Origin: an uncultured Muribaculaceae bacterium
GTDB lineage: Bacteria > Bacillota_I > Bacilli_A > RF39 > UBA660
Assembly: GCA_964454255.1 (NCBI GenBank)
Contig: CAYVSY010000002.1
Coordinates: 1 to 44,206 of the forward strand
Direction: 5' to 3'
DNA length: 44,206 nt
Part shown: positions 1 through 11,385 of the stretch, piece after piece
Position numbering within the stretch: the first letter of the stretch is position 1
Layout: each line of letters begins with the position of its first letter
Position numbers and translations under genes: made by a program
Notes under the pieces: generated by a model
Databases searched by the model: none
What the model saw: the letters and a program-made list of their open reading frames with translations, nothing else
What the model was told of the DNA's origin: nothing

Positions 1-540
1 CACGGAGGCAGAGATCCCGGAGCCATTTATGAATCTGTTTATGAAAAAGATATTACTTTATTGATATCTTTAAAACTGTCTGAAAATTTGGAAAAATTAG
101 GCGCAACTGTTTTACTTACTAGAATTAGTGATTATGATTTGTCATCAGTTAATACTAATAATAAAAAAAGAAATGATTTATATAAGCGTAGTAAATTAAT
201 TAATGAATCGCTTTGTAATATGTATATTTCAATTCATTTAAATGCTTTATCTTCTTCAAAATGGCGTGGTTTACAAGTGTTTTATGATACAATAAACGAG
301 GAAAACAAAATGATTGCTTTTAGTGTAACTGAATATTTAAAAAACAATTTAACTAATGTTCGTAATCCTAAAAAAGAGAATGGTTATTATTTACATCATC
401 ATGTTACAAGACCTGGAATATTAGCAGAGGTTGGTTTTATTACTAATCCTAGTGATAGAGAGCTCTTAAAAAAAAGTGAATATCAAGAAAAAATAGCTTC
501 CTTATTATCAAAAGCTATTTTAAATTATTATATATCTTAA
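1..540 (+). CDS. cwlD: N-acetylmuramoyl-L-alanine amidase, CwlD-like (germination-specific); 5' end cut by window edge
   Basis: Frame 1 is open from base 1 (HGGRDPGAIYESVYEKDITL...), upstream of the ORF-track start at 61. Amidase_3 motifs ISIHLNA and AEVGFITNP. Collinear with B. subtilis CwlD as I recall it. Confidence 0.8.
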   Translation, partial: HGGRDPGAIYESVYEKDITLLISLKLSENLEKLGATVLLTRISDYDLSSVNTNNKKRNDLYKRSKLINESLCNMYISIHLNALSSSKWRGLQVFYDTINEENKMIAFSVTEYLKNNLTNVRNPKKENGYYLHHHVTRPGILAEVGFITNPSDRELLKKSEYQEKIASLLSKAILNYYIS

Positions 541-1517
541 AATTCAAAATATTTTAATTCTGTTTTGTCATCACAATTTTTTCCTGTTTTATAAGACAAA
601 TTATCAAATAATAATTTTAATTTAGAAATATTTAAAGTAGAACTATTTAAAATTTTATCTGTTTCGTTTATTAAATAAGTAGCCTTTTTAATAGCTATTA
701 TATATAATTCAATAACTGAATAATTATAAATTTCTTCTTTATACATAGGGTGATTCCATGTGCATTTTTCTAAATTTAGGTAGTGTTCTTTTCTATTGTG
801 TGGCATATTAAATGATAAGATTTCTTTTTTTTCAAAAGAATTAGGTGAAACTAAATCAATCATTTTATATAATATTTTTTTAAGTCCATATCTATCATAA
901 TTAAATATTTTAAAAAAAGTTTTCATTTTTTTAATACTTTTTAAATAAATGGAGCTCATATTGTCTTTATTGTATGTTTGCTTAAATACAAAATCGATTG
1001 TTTTAGAAAGGCTAGGCGTTAAATTTTTGGTATTTAATATTTTTTTATATACTTTGAAATTTTTTGGTTTGATTCTTTCTTTTTGATATATTAAATATAT
1101 ATCTATATAGTATTCCATTTCGTGATGAAGTCCATTATATTTATAAGTGTTTTTTTCTTTTTTTTTGAATTCTCCTGTTTTATATGCAATAAATGGATGA
1201 ATTGTGCTATCCAACACATAATGACATATAAATCCGTAAAGAAATGGTAAAACAGAACTATCTTGTTCTAAATTATTTTCTTTTATATAATTTATTAAAT
1301 TTATATAAAAATCTTGTGTTTTATTTTGATGAACATATCCACCAAATTTTTTAATAATTCTTTTAACTCCTATAATATCATAGAAAAATAGTGGATCTGG
1401 ACCTTGAGCAAATGTTTTTAAATCATTTACATTGTTTTTAATTTTATTTTTAATATTTTTATCTATTTTGTCGTAAACATCTTCGGCAAAATAAGTATGT
1501 GTCATTGTGCTTGGCAT
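537..1517 (-). CDS. zinc-dependent phospholipase C-like family protein
   Basis: 326-aa ORF. N-terminal THTYFAEDVY, GPDPLFFY, CHYVLDSTIHP and HHEMEYYID form a His/Asp-rich pattern typical of the Zn_dep_PLPC-like family. Converges on cwlD with a 4-nt overlap. Confidence 0.55.
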   Translation of the reverse strand: MPSTMTHTYFAEDVYDKIDKNIKNKIKNNVNDLKTFAQGPDPLFFYDIIGVKRIIKKFGGYVHQNKTQDFYINLINYIKENNLEQDSSVLPFLYGFICHYVLDSTIHPFIAYKTGEFKKKEKNTYKYNGLHHEMEYYIDIYLIYQKERIKPKNFKVYKKILNTKNLTPSLSKTIDFVFKQTYNKDNMSSIYLKSIKKMKTFFKIFNYDRYGLKKILYKMIDLVSPNSFEKKEILSFNMPHNRKEHYLNLEKCTWNHPMYKEEIYNYSVIELYIIAIKKATYLINETDKILNSSTLNISKLKLLFDNLSYKTGKNCDDKTELKYFEF

Positions 1518-1684
1518 TTTCTAATTATTAGTATATTATTCTTTAATCTAAGTAAAAAATATTTTATTAAAATAGATTAAGTATATACTATCCTTTCTTT
1601 TAATATTCTTTTTATAAATATATTATATTTTTTTATATTATATCATTAAATTGTTAAAAAAGCATATATTTAATTGGTGGAAAA

Positions 1685-2440
1685 ATGACAAAAAAAATGA
1701 TATTAAAAAAAAATTATAAGAAAACAAGTTCAATTGTTTTTATAATGATTATAATTATTGTATCTATTTTTTGTTCATATAGTCTTATAAGAAAATTTGG
1801 TGATAAAACCGAACATATTTTAAGCAGTTATGCTGAAACAGCAACTCGTAAATTGGTTACGACGGTAATTAATCAATCTATTACACATCAAGTTCTTAGC
1901 GATGAAGAAATTGATAAATTATTTGTAATAGAAAGAAATAATAATAATGATATTAAAATGATTGATTTTAATTCAAGGATGGTAACTAAATTTTTAAATA
2001 GGATAACTAATTTAATAGAAACTAATTTAAATAAAGTGGAAAAAGGAGAAATTGATGATTTTTTTGAATTAACAACTTTAAACAAGGATTATAGTTATGA
2101 TAAATTAAAAAAAGGTATTATATATGAAATACCATTAGGGGCATGGACAAACAATGCTTTTTTATCTAATATAGGGCCTAAAGTTCCTGCAAAATTAAGT
2201 ATTATAGGTGATGTTATTAGTAGTGTTACTACTAATATAAAAGAATATGGTATAAATAATGCATTATTAGAAGTGGGAATTAAGGTAGAAGTGTCTAGTA
2301 TGGTTAATTTGCCTTTTTTCTCAAAAAGAATTGTAATTACGGAAAATGTCCCAATAGCGCTAAAGGTTATTCAAGGATCTATTCCTAATTTTTATTTAGA
2401 TGGATTAACTAAAGAATCATTTTTATATTTTGGTGCATAA
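1685..2440 (+). CDS. yunB: sporulation protein YunB
   Basis: N-terminal TM segment. IYEIPLGAWTNNAFLSNIGPKVP...IGDV...YGINNALLEV...VPIALKVIQGSIPNFY matches the conserved YunB core. Confidence 0.75.
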   Translation: MTKKMILKKNYKKTSSIVFIMIIIIVSIFCSYSLIRKFGDKTEHILSSYAETATRKLVTTVINQSITHQVLSDEEIDKLFVIERNNNNDIKMIDFNSRMVTKFLNRITNLIETNLNKVEKGEIDDFFELTTLNKDYSYDKLKKGIIYEIPLGAWTNNAFLSNIGPKVPAKLSIIGDVISSVTTNIKEYGINNALLEVGIKVEVSSMVNLPFFSKRIVITENVPIALKVIQGSIPNFYLDGLTKESFLYFGA

Positions 2441-2518
2441 TATTTTGAATTTTTTGAATTATTATGTAAAATGAGACATAATTATGCTAGTATATTACAA
2501 AAATATAGTATAATTTAG

Positions 2519-3499
2519 ATGGGTGGTAGTGTGGATTTTAATAAGTTAAGAAATATTATAAACGATTCTTCTAATATTTTTATAATGGGTCATAAAAGAA
2601 TAGATTTAGATGCTTTTGGTGCTGAACTTGGAATGTTTTATATATGTAAAAATTTTACGAAGGATGTTTATATTATATGTGATGATGTTGAATATGATTT
2701 AACTATTTCTAAAACAATTGATGAATTAAATGAAAGAAATTTTAATATATCTTTTTATAAAACGAATGATATTATTTCTTTTATTAACGACAAATCCTTA
2801 TTAATAATTGTTGATGTAAATAAATTTGAGTTAATGTCATCAAATAAAATATTTTTGTTAATAAAAAATAGAATTATTATAGATCATCATAATGTAGAAA
2901 AAGAAATGGAAAATGTTACTTATTATATTAATGGTAAGGCATCGTCTGTTTGTGAAATGCTGGTTGATGGGTTGAAATTTTATAAAAACATAATTCCTTC
3001 TTTTATTGCATCGGTTATGTTGGGTGGAATTATGATAGATACTAATAATTTTACTTTAAAAACTAACTATAATACATATTTAGCTGCTTCATTTTTAACG
3101 CAATTAGGGGCAAATAATACTGATATTGAATATCTATTAAAAGAAGAAATTTCTGAGTATTTTAACATTCAAGAAATTATTTCAAATGTTATTATAATTG
3201 ATGAAAAATGCGCTTTGTGTATATGCAATAATAAAATTTATGATAAAGAATTTTTAGCTAAAGTTTCATCTATAATATTAGGATTTTCAAATATTGAATT
3301 ATCATGGACGATTGGTAAAATAAGTGAAAATACCATTGGGATTAGCGCAAGAAGCATGGGTAATTTAGATGTTTCTGAATATGTAAGTAAATTTGGTGGA
3401 GGTGGATCTAATATAGCTGGTGCAGCTCAAGTAGAAAATACTACTTTAGAAGAAGTTAAAGATAAAGTTATTAATATAATAAAAATGAAAAAAATTTAG
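2519..3499 (+). CDS. DHH/DHHA1 phosphoesterase (GdpP-like catalytic module without TM/PAS/GGDEF-like region)
   Basis: IMGHKRIDLDAFGA, IIVDVN, IIIDHHN, GGIMIDTNNF, and a C-terminal GGGGSNIAGAAQ where DHHA1 normally has GGGH. Sits in the gdpP position upstream of rplI-dnaB. Confidence 0.75.
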   Translation: MGGSVDFNKLRNIINDSSNIFIMGHKRIDLDAFGAELGMFYICKNFTKDVYIICDDVEYDLTISKTIDELNERNFNISFYKTNDIISFINDKSLLIIVDVNKFELMSSNKIFLLIKNRIIIDHHNVEKEMENVTYYINGKASSVCEMLVDGLKFYKNIIPSFIASVMLGGIMIDTNNFTLKTNYNTYLAASFLTQLGANNTDIEYLLKEEISEYFNIQEIISNVIIIDEKCALCICNNKIYDKEFLAKVSSIILGFSNIELSWTIGKISENTIGISARSMGNLDVSEYVSKFGGGGSNIAGAAQVENTTLEEVKDKVINIIKMKKI

Positions 3500-3610
3500 A
3501 TTAATCTCTAATTTTTTTTAATTGCTTTAATAATTATTAAATTTATAGTATAATAATTATAATGAGTTTTATTTATATATTTTTTTATGAAAAGTTTTAA
3601 GGGAGGATAT

Positions 3611-4054
3611 ATGAAAGTAATTTTTATTAAAGATTTAAAAGGTCAAGGAAAGAAAAAAGATATTAAAGAAGTATCTGATGGTTATGCATTAAACTATTTA
3701 ATTAAAAATGGTTACGCGGTTAAGTGGACAAAAACAAGTAATAATATTCTTAATAATGATATTCAAAATGAAAAAAAATTAGATAATGAAAAAACCAAGA
3801 TTGCTAATATATTAAAAGAAAAACTTGAAAAAGCTAACTTAACTTTTATTATGAAGGTTGGCATTGGTGACAAAGTTTTTGGTTCAATTTCTTCTAAACA
3901 AATATATGAAAAATTAAATGAAATGGGTTACAATATTGATAAAAAACAAATTATAATTAATAATCCAGTATCTTCTTTAGGAATACATAAAATAGATATT
4001 GAATTATATAAAAATATTGTTGCTAAAATAAACATTAATCTTATTTCCAAATAA
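3611..4054 (+). CDS. rplI: 50S ribosomal protein L9
   Basis: [30 protein letters not shown] is the classic L9 N-terminus. AAGGGAGGA RBS lies just upstream of the ATG at 3611. The track start at 3587 is probably too long. Confidence 0.9.
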   Translation: MKVIFIKDLKGQGKKKDIKEVSDGYALNYLIKNGYAVKWTKTSNNILNNDIQNEKKLDNEKTKIANILKEKLEKANLTFIMKVGIGDKVFGSISSKQIYEKLNEMGYNIDKKQIIINNPVSSLGIHKIDIELYKNIVAKININLISK

Positions 4055-4065
4055 TGGAGGTCAAT

Positions 4066-5415
4066 ATGAAAGACAGAACTTTACCTAATAATATAGAAGC
4101 TGAAAGAGCATTGTTGGGATCTATATTTATGTCATTACAAGCTCTTGAAAAGTCTTGTGAACAATTAAATAAGGAAGTTTTTTACTTAGATAGTCATTCT
4201 AAGATTTTTGAAGTAATTAAGGAATTATACGAAAATAAAGTTCCAGTAGATACAACAAGTGTAACATCTGGTTTAATTAATCGTTCGTGGTTAAATCAAG
4301 TTGGTGGTGTTGAGTATTTATCTGAAATAGTTAATTCTGTTGCAACAGGTGCAAATATTGAATATTATATTGATACGGTTATAAAAAAATATACTTTACG
4401 TAATATGATTGAAGTAGCTACTAATATTGTATCTGATTCTTTTAATAGTGATATTGATGTTAATGAATTGTTGGATACATCTGAAAAAAACATTTTAAAT
4501 GTTAGTCGAAATAGAAAAGTTGGAGACTTAAAAAAGATTCAAGATGTTTTATCAAAAGCACAAGACGATATTGAAAAATTATCAAAAAATAAAGGTATGG
4601 TAACTGGTATTCCATCTGGATTATATGATTTTGATAATTTAACATCTGGATTTCAACCTAATCAATTGGTTATTATAGCGGCTAGACCAGCTGTTGGTAA
4701 AACGGCGTTGGCTTTAAATATTGCTTCTAATGCATCTAAATGGACTAATAAATCGATTGTGGTTTTTTCATTAGAAATGCCAGCGGAACAATTAGTATCA
4801 AGAATGATAAGTTCATTGGGCCAAATTAATGGTCGAAGGCTCACTAATGGTAAATTAGAAAATGAAGATTGGCGTCGTTTTAATGAGGCTATTAGCCAAC
4901 TTGCTGATAGAAATATTTATTTTGATGATTCTGGCGGAATTACGGTTCCTGAAATTAAGGCAAAATGTCGTCGTTTATCTACACAAGGTGAAGGATTAGG
5001 TCTTGTTATTATCGATTATCTTCAATTAATTAGTGGAACTTCTCGTTTGGGAGCTTCTAATCGTCAACAAGAAGTATCAGAAATATCGAGAGGTTTAAAA
5101 ACGATGGCAATGGAACTTGGAGTTCCGGTTATTGCTTTATCACAATTATCAAGAGGTGTAGAAAAAAGAGAAGATAAAAAACCAGTTTTAAGTGATTTAA
5201 GAGAATCAGGTTCTATTGAACAAGACGCCGATATTGTTGCAGCTTTGCATAATTCAAATGAAAATAATGAAAATGTAGATGATAGTATTCCAACTCGAAT
5301 ACAACTTTTGGTTTTAAAACATAGAAATGGTCCAACTAAGGATATTGATTTAATGTTTAAGAAAAATACTTCTACTTTCTTATCATTTAAGAAAGAAGAT
5401 GAAAAACATGACTAA
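4066..5415 (+). CDS. dnaB: replicative DNA helicase
   Basis: PNNIEAERALLGSI, Walker A ARPAVGKT, IIDYLQL, SQLSRGVEKR, DLRESGSIEQDAD. GGAGG RBS precedes the ATG at 4066; 4054 is an alternative start. Confidence 0.95.
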   Translation: MKDRTLPNNIEAERALLGSIFMSLQALEKSCEQLNKEVFYLDSHSKIFEVIKELYENKVPVDTTSVTSGLINRSWLNQVGGVEYLSEIVNSVATGANIEYYIDTVIKKYTLRNMIEVATNIVSDSFNSDIDVNELLDTSEKNILNVSRNRKVGDLKKIQDVLSKAQDDIEKLSKNKGMVTGIPSGLYDFDNLTSGFQPNQLVIIAARPAVGKTALALNIASNASKWTNKSIVVFSLEMPAEQLVSRMISSLGQINGRRLTNGKLENEDWRRFNEAISQLADRNIYFDDSGGITVPEIKAKCRRLSTQGEGLGLVIIDYLQLISGTSRLGASNRQQEVSEISRGLKTMAMELGVPVIALSQLSRGVEKREDKKPVLSDLRESGSIEQDADIVAALHNSNENNENVDDSIPTRIQLLVLKHRNGPTKDIDLMFKKNTSTFLSFKKEDEKHD

Positions 5416-6943
5416 TAAAATTAGTTATTCTTCAATTTTAATAATTATATTATTATCTTTTTCTATATTTTTATTTGGTTTTTCTTCTAATAAAAATAAA
5501 AATCCTAAAACTTTGTATCAAGTTTATTTAGATGGTCAAAAAATAGGAGTTATTAATTCTAAGGATGAATTTGAAAACATTATGAATTCTGAACAAGTAT
5601 CAATTAAAAAGAAATATAATGTTTCAAATGTTTATATTCCTAAAGGCGTTGAGATAAAAAAAATTGTTTCTTATACGGATAAAGTTTCATCAGCTCGTGA
5701 TATATATAACAAGTTGATAGATATAAAGAATTTCACAATAAAAGGATATCATATAACAGTTAAACATGAAGAAATTCAAGATGAGGATACGGGAGAAAAG
5801 ATAACTCCAGCAGATACTAATATTTATGTTTTAAATAAAAATATTTTTGATACGGCTTTAGAAATGACTATTAAAGCATTTGTTAAGGAAAAAGATTGGG
5901 ATAAATATATCAATAACACACAAGGTGAAATTGAGAAAGTTGGAGAAATCATTGAAAATGTTGATAAAAGTGAAGTTGTCTTATATAGTGAAGATCTAAT
6001 TTCAACTGACAATGTTATTTGGACTGACGCGGAACAATTAGCTAAATACTTATTATATGGGAAAATTGGAGAACAAGAAAAATATATTGTTCAAGATGGT
6101 GATACTATTGATACTATTTCTGATAAATATAAATTAAATACGCAAGAATTTTTAATTGCTAATCCTATTTTTACAAGTGCAAATAATTTGTTATATCCAT
6201 TACAAGAGGTTAATGTTGGATTAGTTAATCCATTAATAAACATCGTGGTGGAAACGCATAGTATTGAAGAACAAGTGAATAACTATAAAATTGAAGTTCA
6301 ATATGATGAAAATAAGGCAATTGGTTACCAAAAAGTTCTTCGTGAAGGTGAAGATGGTTTAATTAAGGCTGAATATAGAAATAGGTATATAAATGGTCAA
6401 TTATCAGAAACTATTTTGATAAGTCAAAATGAATTAAAACCAACTATTAATAGTGTTGTAATAAAAGGTAATAAATATGTTCCTGATGTAGCAGATACTT
6501 CTTATTGGCAATGGCCTACCAATTTACCTTGTCGAATTAGTAGTGGCTATGGTTATCGTTGGGGATCACTTCATGCTGCTATTGATATTATTGGTCCTGG
6601 TTATGGTTCACCAATATATGCCGCTAACAATGGGGTTGTTTATAAAGTTGATTATAATGATTCATCAATGGGTAATTATGTAATGATTAATCATAATTAT
6701 AAAAAATATTATACTGTTTATTATCATATGAAAGAATTATATGTTAAAGAAGGCGAGATTGTATCAAGAGGTCAAATTATTGGATTGATGGGTAATACAG
6801 GATATGTTGTTCCAAAACCAACTATAAGTAGTCCATATGGGGGAACACATTTGCACTTTGGGGTATATGTTGGGCGCCCATATAATGGTGGTTATTCTGT
6901 TAATCCTAAGGTTTTATTTAACGGAAAATACAGGTGTAGTTAA
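5399..6943 (+). CDS. membrane-anchored LysM/G5-like/M23 metallopeptidase
   Basis: N-terminal TM. LysM-like YIVQDGDTIDTISDKYKLNTQEFLIANP. G5-like YQKVLREGEDGL...VVIKG. M23 motifs HAAIDI and GTHLHFGVY. Overlaps the dnaB 3' end. Confidence 0.8.
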   Translation: MKNMTNKISYSSILIIILLSFSIFLFGFSSNKNKNPKTLYQVYLDGQKIGVINSKDEFENIMNSEQVSIKKKYNVSNVYIPKGVEIKKIVSYTDKVSSARDIYNKLIDIKNFTIKGYHITVKHEEIQDEDTGEKITPADTNIYVLNKNIFDTALEMTIKAFVKEKDWDKYINNTQGEIEKVGEIIENVDKSEVVLYSEDLISTDNVIWTDAEQLAKYLLYGKIGEQEKYIVQDGDTIDTISDKYKLNTQEFLIANPIFTSANNLLYPLQEVNVGLVNPLINIVVETHSIEEQVNNYKIEVQYDENKAIGYQKVLREGEDGLIKAEYRNRYINGQLSETILISQNELKPTINSVVIKGNKYVPDVADTSYWQWPTNLPCRISSGYGYRWGSLHAAIDIIGPGYGSPIYAANNGVVYKVDYNDSSMGNYVMINHNYKKYYTVYYHMKELYVKEGEIVSRGQIIGLMGNTGYVVPKPTISSPYGGTHLHFGVYVGRPYNGGYSVNPKVLFNGKYRCS

Positions 6944-6945
6944 TA

Positions 6946-7383
6946 ATGATTAAAATTATTTCTATAGGTAAAATAAAAGAAAAATATATGCAAGAAGCCA
7001 TTAATGATTATTTAAAAAGAGTTAATAAATATCACAAAGTTGAGATTATTGAATTGAATGACTCAAATATTAATGATGAAAAAAGAGAAATAGAAAAAAT
7101 AATTAATTATAAGGATTATATTATTACTTTAGAAATTGAAGGTTCTACTTTATCTTCAATTGAATTATCAAATAAAATTAGTAGTATTTGGACCAATTGT
7201 AATAGTTCAATCACTTTTATCATTGGTGGATCAAATGGTATTCATGACGATATAAAAAAAATTAGTAATTATAAATTGTCGTTTTCTATGATGACTTTTC
7301 CCCATCAAATATTTAGATTACTTCTTTTAGAACAATTGTATCGTTCATTTAAAATTATGAATAATGAATCATATCATAAATAA
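6946..7383 (+). CDS. rlmH: 23S rRNA (pseudouridine1915-N3)-methyltransferase RlmH
   Basis: 145 aa. MIKIISIGKIKEKY..., FIIGGSNG, SFSMMTFPHQIFRLLLLEQLYR (SPOUT RlmH signature). Confidence 0.9.
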   Translation: MIKIISIGKIKEKYMQEAINDYLKRVNKYHKVEIIELNDSNINDEKREIEKIINYKDYIITLEIEGSTLSSIELSNKISSIWTNCNSSITFIIGGSNGIHDDIKKISNYKLSFSMMTFPHQIFRLLLLEQLYRSFKIMNNESYHK

Positions 7384-7443
7384 GTGTAGAATATTTTTAT
7401 CGCTTTTTTTTCTTTTACATATTATATAATAAGGAGGGATGTA

Positions 7444-8253
7444 ATGAACAATTTTATTCATCATGTTTTGAAAAAAGGCGATGAAAAGATAACAAGTTTA
7501 TTTGGAAATAGAGAATTTTATATGAATGATAAACTTGTTAAGGATTATCATAATGGTCTTGATTTAATTGATAGAACTAGTAAATATGATTACATTATTG
7601 CATATGATGATGGTATTGTTATAGAAATTAGAGATAATATAAAGGGGTTTGATGAAAAAAATGGTGCCGGTAATTATGTTGAAATAAAACACGATGATAA
7701 ATATTCAACGAGATATCATCATATTGCATATGGAACAATTCGTGTTAGAGTTGGTGATATTGTTCAAAAAGGGGATATTATTGGCTATATAGGTGAAACA
7801 GGATATGTAACTGGAGCCCATATTCATTTTTGTATAAAAGAAAATGGTAAGTATGTGAATCCACTACCTTTTTTAGAAGAAGAAAATACTATTTTTAAAA
7901 AAAAATTAGGTGAACCGATTAGTCGTGATGAATTTAATAATCAAATTGAAGTTAAAATTAATAATTTAAGAGTAAGGGATAATCCTAATGGAAATATATT
8001 AGGATATATAAATCCGGGAATTTATAATTTTTTGGAAACCAAAAAAGTAGGAGAATATAATTGGTATAAAATTAATGATAATATGTGGATTGCATATGAT
8101 GATAGTTGGGTAATTATTTATAATAAAAAAGAAATAATTGTTGAAGATAAAGTAAAAAATGATGAATACAAACTTATTTATGAGTGCACTCGTGATGATA
8201 CATATGCAATTAAACTATATGCTGGCGAAAAAATATATATTAAGAAAAGTTAA
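7444..8253 (+). CDS. M23 family metallopeptidase with C-terminal SH3b-like domain
   Basis: HNGLDL, GNYVEIKH, GETGYVTGAHIHFCI, then LRVRDNPNGNILGYINPG...WYKI (SH3b-like). Confidence 0.8.
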   Translation: MNNFIHHVLKKGDEKITSLFGNREFYMNDKLVKDYHNGLDLIDRTSKYDYIIAYDDGIVIEIRDNIKGFDEKNGAGNYVEIKHDDKYSTRYHHIAYGTIRVRVGDIVQKGDIIGYIGETGYVTGAHIHFCIKENGKYVNPLPFLEEENTIFKKKLGEPISRDEFNNQIEVKINNLRVRDNPNGNILGYINPGIYNFLETKKVGEYNWYKINDNMWIAYDDSWVIIYNKKEIIVEDKVKNDEYKLIYECTRDDTYAIKLYAGEKIYIKKS

Positions 8254-8306
8254 AATTAATATCAATTATTATGATTTTGTGCTAAAATATCACTAACGGT
8301 GATTAT

Positions 8307-9290
8307 ATGTTTAAAATAGGTTCGATAGAAATTAAAAATAATATTGTATTAGCTCCTATGGCTGGTATTTGTAATAGTGCTTTTCGAAAAATCATTAAAG
8401 AAATGGGTTGCGGTCTTGTTTATGCCGAGATGGTTAGTGATAAAGCAATGGTATATGATAGTCGTAAAACAAAAGAAATGCTTTATGTTGAAGATATTGA
8501 AAGACCTATTTCACAGCAAATATTTGGTAGTGATGTCGAAACATTCGTTGAAGCGGCTAAAAAAGTTTATGAAATTATGAAACCAGATATAATTGATATT
8601 AATATGGGTTGTCCTGTTCCTAAAGTGGCTATCAAATCACAAGCTGGTGCTTCTTTATTGAAAAATCCTAATAAAATAGGTGAAATTGTTTCAGCAGTTG
8701 TTAAAGCTGTTCCCATTCCTATAACAGTAAAAATTAGAAGTGGTTGGGATAAAAAAAGTATTAATGCGATTGAGGTTGCTAAAATTTGTGAGAAAAATGG
8801 AGCTAGTGCTATATGTATTCATGGACGAACACGAAGCGAATTGTATAGCGGAACGGTTGATTATGATATTATAAAACGAGTTAAAGAAGCTGTTTCTATT
8901 CCGGTTATTGGTAATGGTGATGTGGTGGATATTATCAGTGCTGAAAAAATGTTTAAAACGGGAGTAGATGCTATTATGATTGGACGAGGTGTATTGGGCA
9001 ATCCTTGGCTTGTTAAAGAATTGGATAAATATTTTAAAGATGGTTTGAATATTTTGAAACCAACTTATGAAGAAAGAATTAATATGTGTTTTAAACATAT
9101 TAAATACTTATTAAAAATTAAACCTGAAAAGGTGGTTGTGTTAGAAATGCGTAGTCATATTGCTTGGTATATAAAAGGTCTTCCTAATTCAACAAATATT
9201 AAAAACATGATAAATAATGAAAAAAGTTTAAAAAAAGTTATAAAAATTCTAAATGACTATTTAAAAAATTCAAAAAATGTTATAGAATAA
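8307..9290 (+). CDS. dusB: tRNA-dihydrouridine synthase B
   Basis: LAPMAGICNSAFR, DINMGCPVPKV, KIRSGWD, IHGRTR, GNGD, MIGRGVLGNPW. Confidence 0.9.
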   Translation: MFKIGSIEIKNNIVLAPMAGICNSAFRKIIKEMGCGLVYAEMVSDKAMVYDSRKTKEMLYVEDIERPISQQIFGSDVETFVEAAKKVYEIMKPDIIDINMGCPVPKVAIKSQAGASLLKNPNKIGEIVSAVVKAVPIPITVKIRSGWDKKSINAIEVAKICEKNGASAICIHGRTRSELYSGTVDYDIIKRVKEAVSIPVIGNGDVVDIISAEKMFKTGVDAIMIGRGVLGNPWLVKELDKYFKDGLNILKPTYEERINMCFKHIKYLLKIKPEKVVVLEMRSHIAWYIKGLPNSTNIKNMINNEKSLKKVIKILNDYLKNSKNVIE

Positions 9291-9296
9291 AGATAG

Positions 9297-11376
<2,080 letters not shown>

Positions 11377-11385
11377 TATAGATTC
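11377..11385. repeat. target-site duplication, left copy (TATAGATTC)
   Basis: An identical 9-mer abuts the other end of the element at 13013..13021. Confidence 0.8.
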
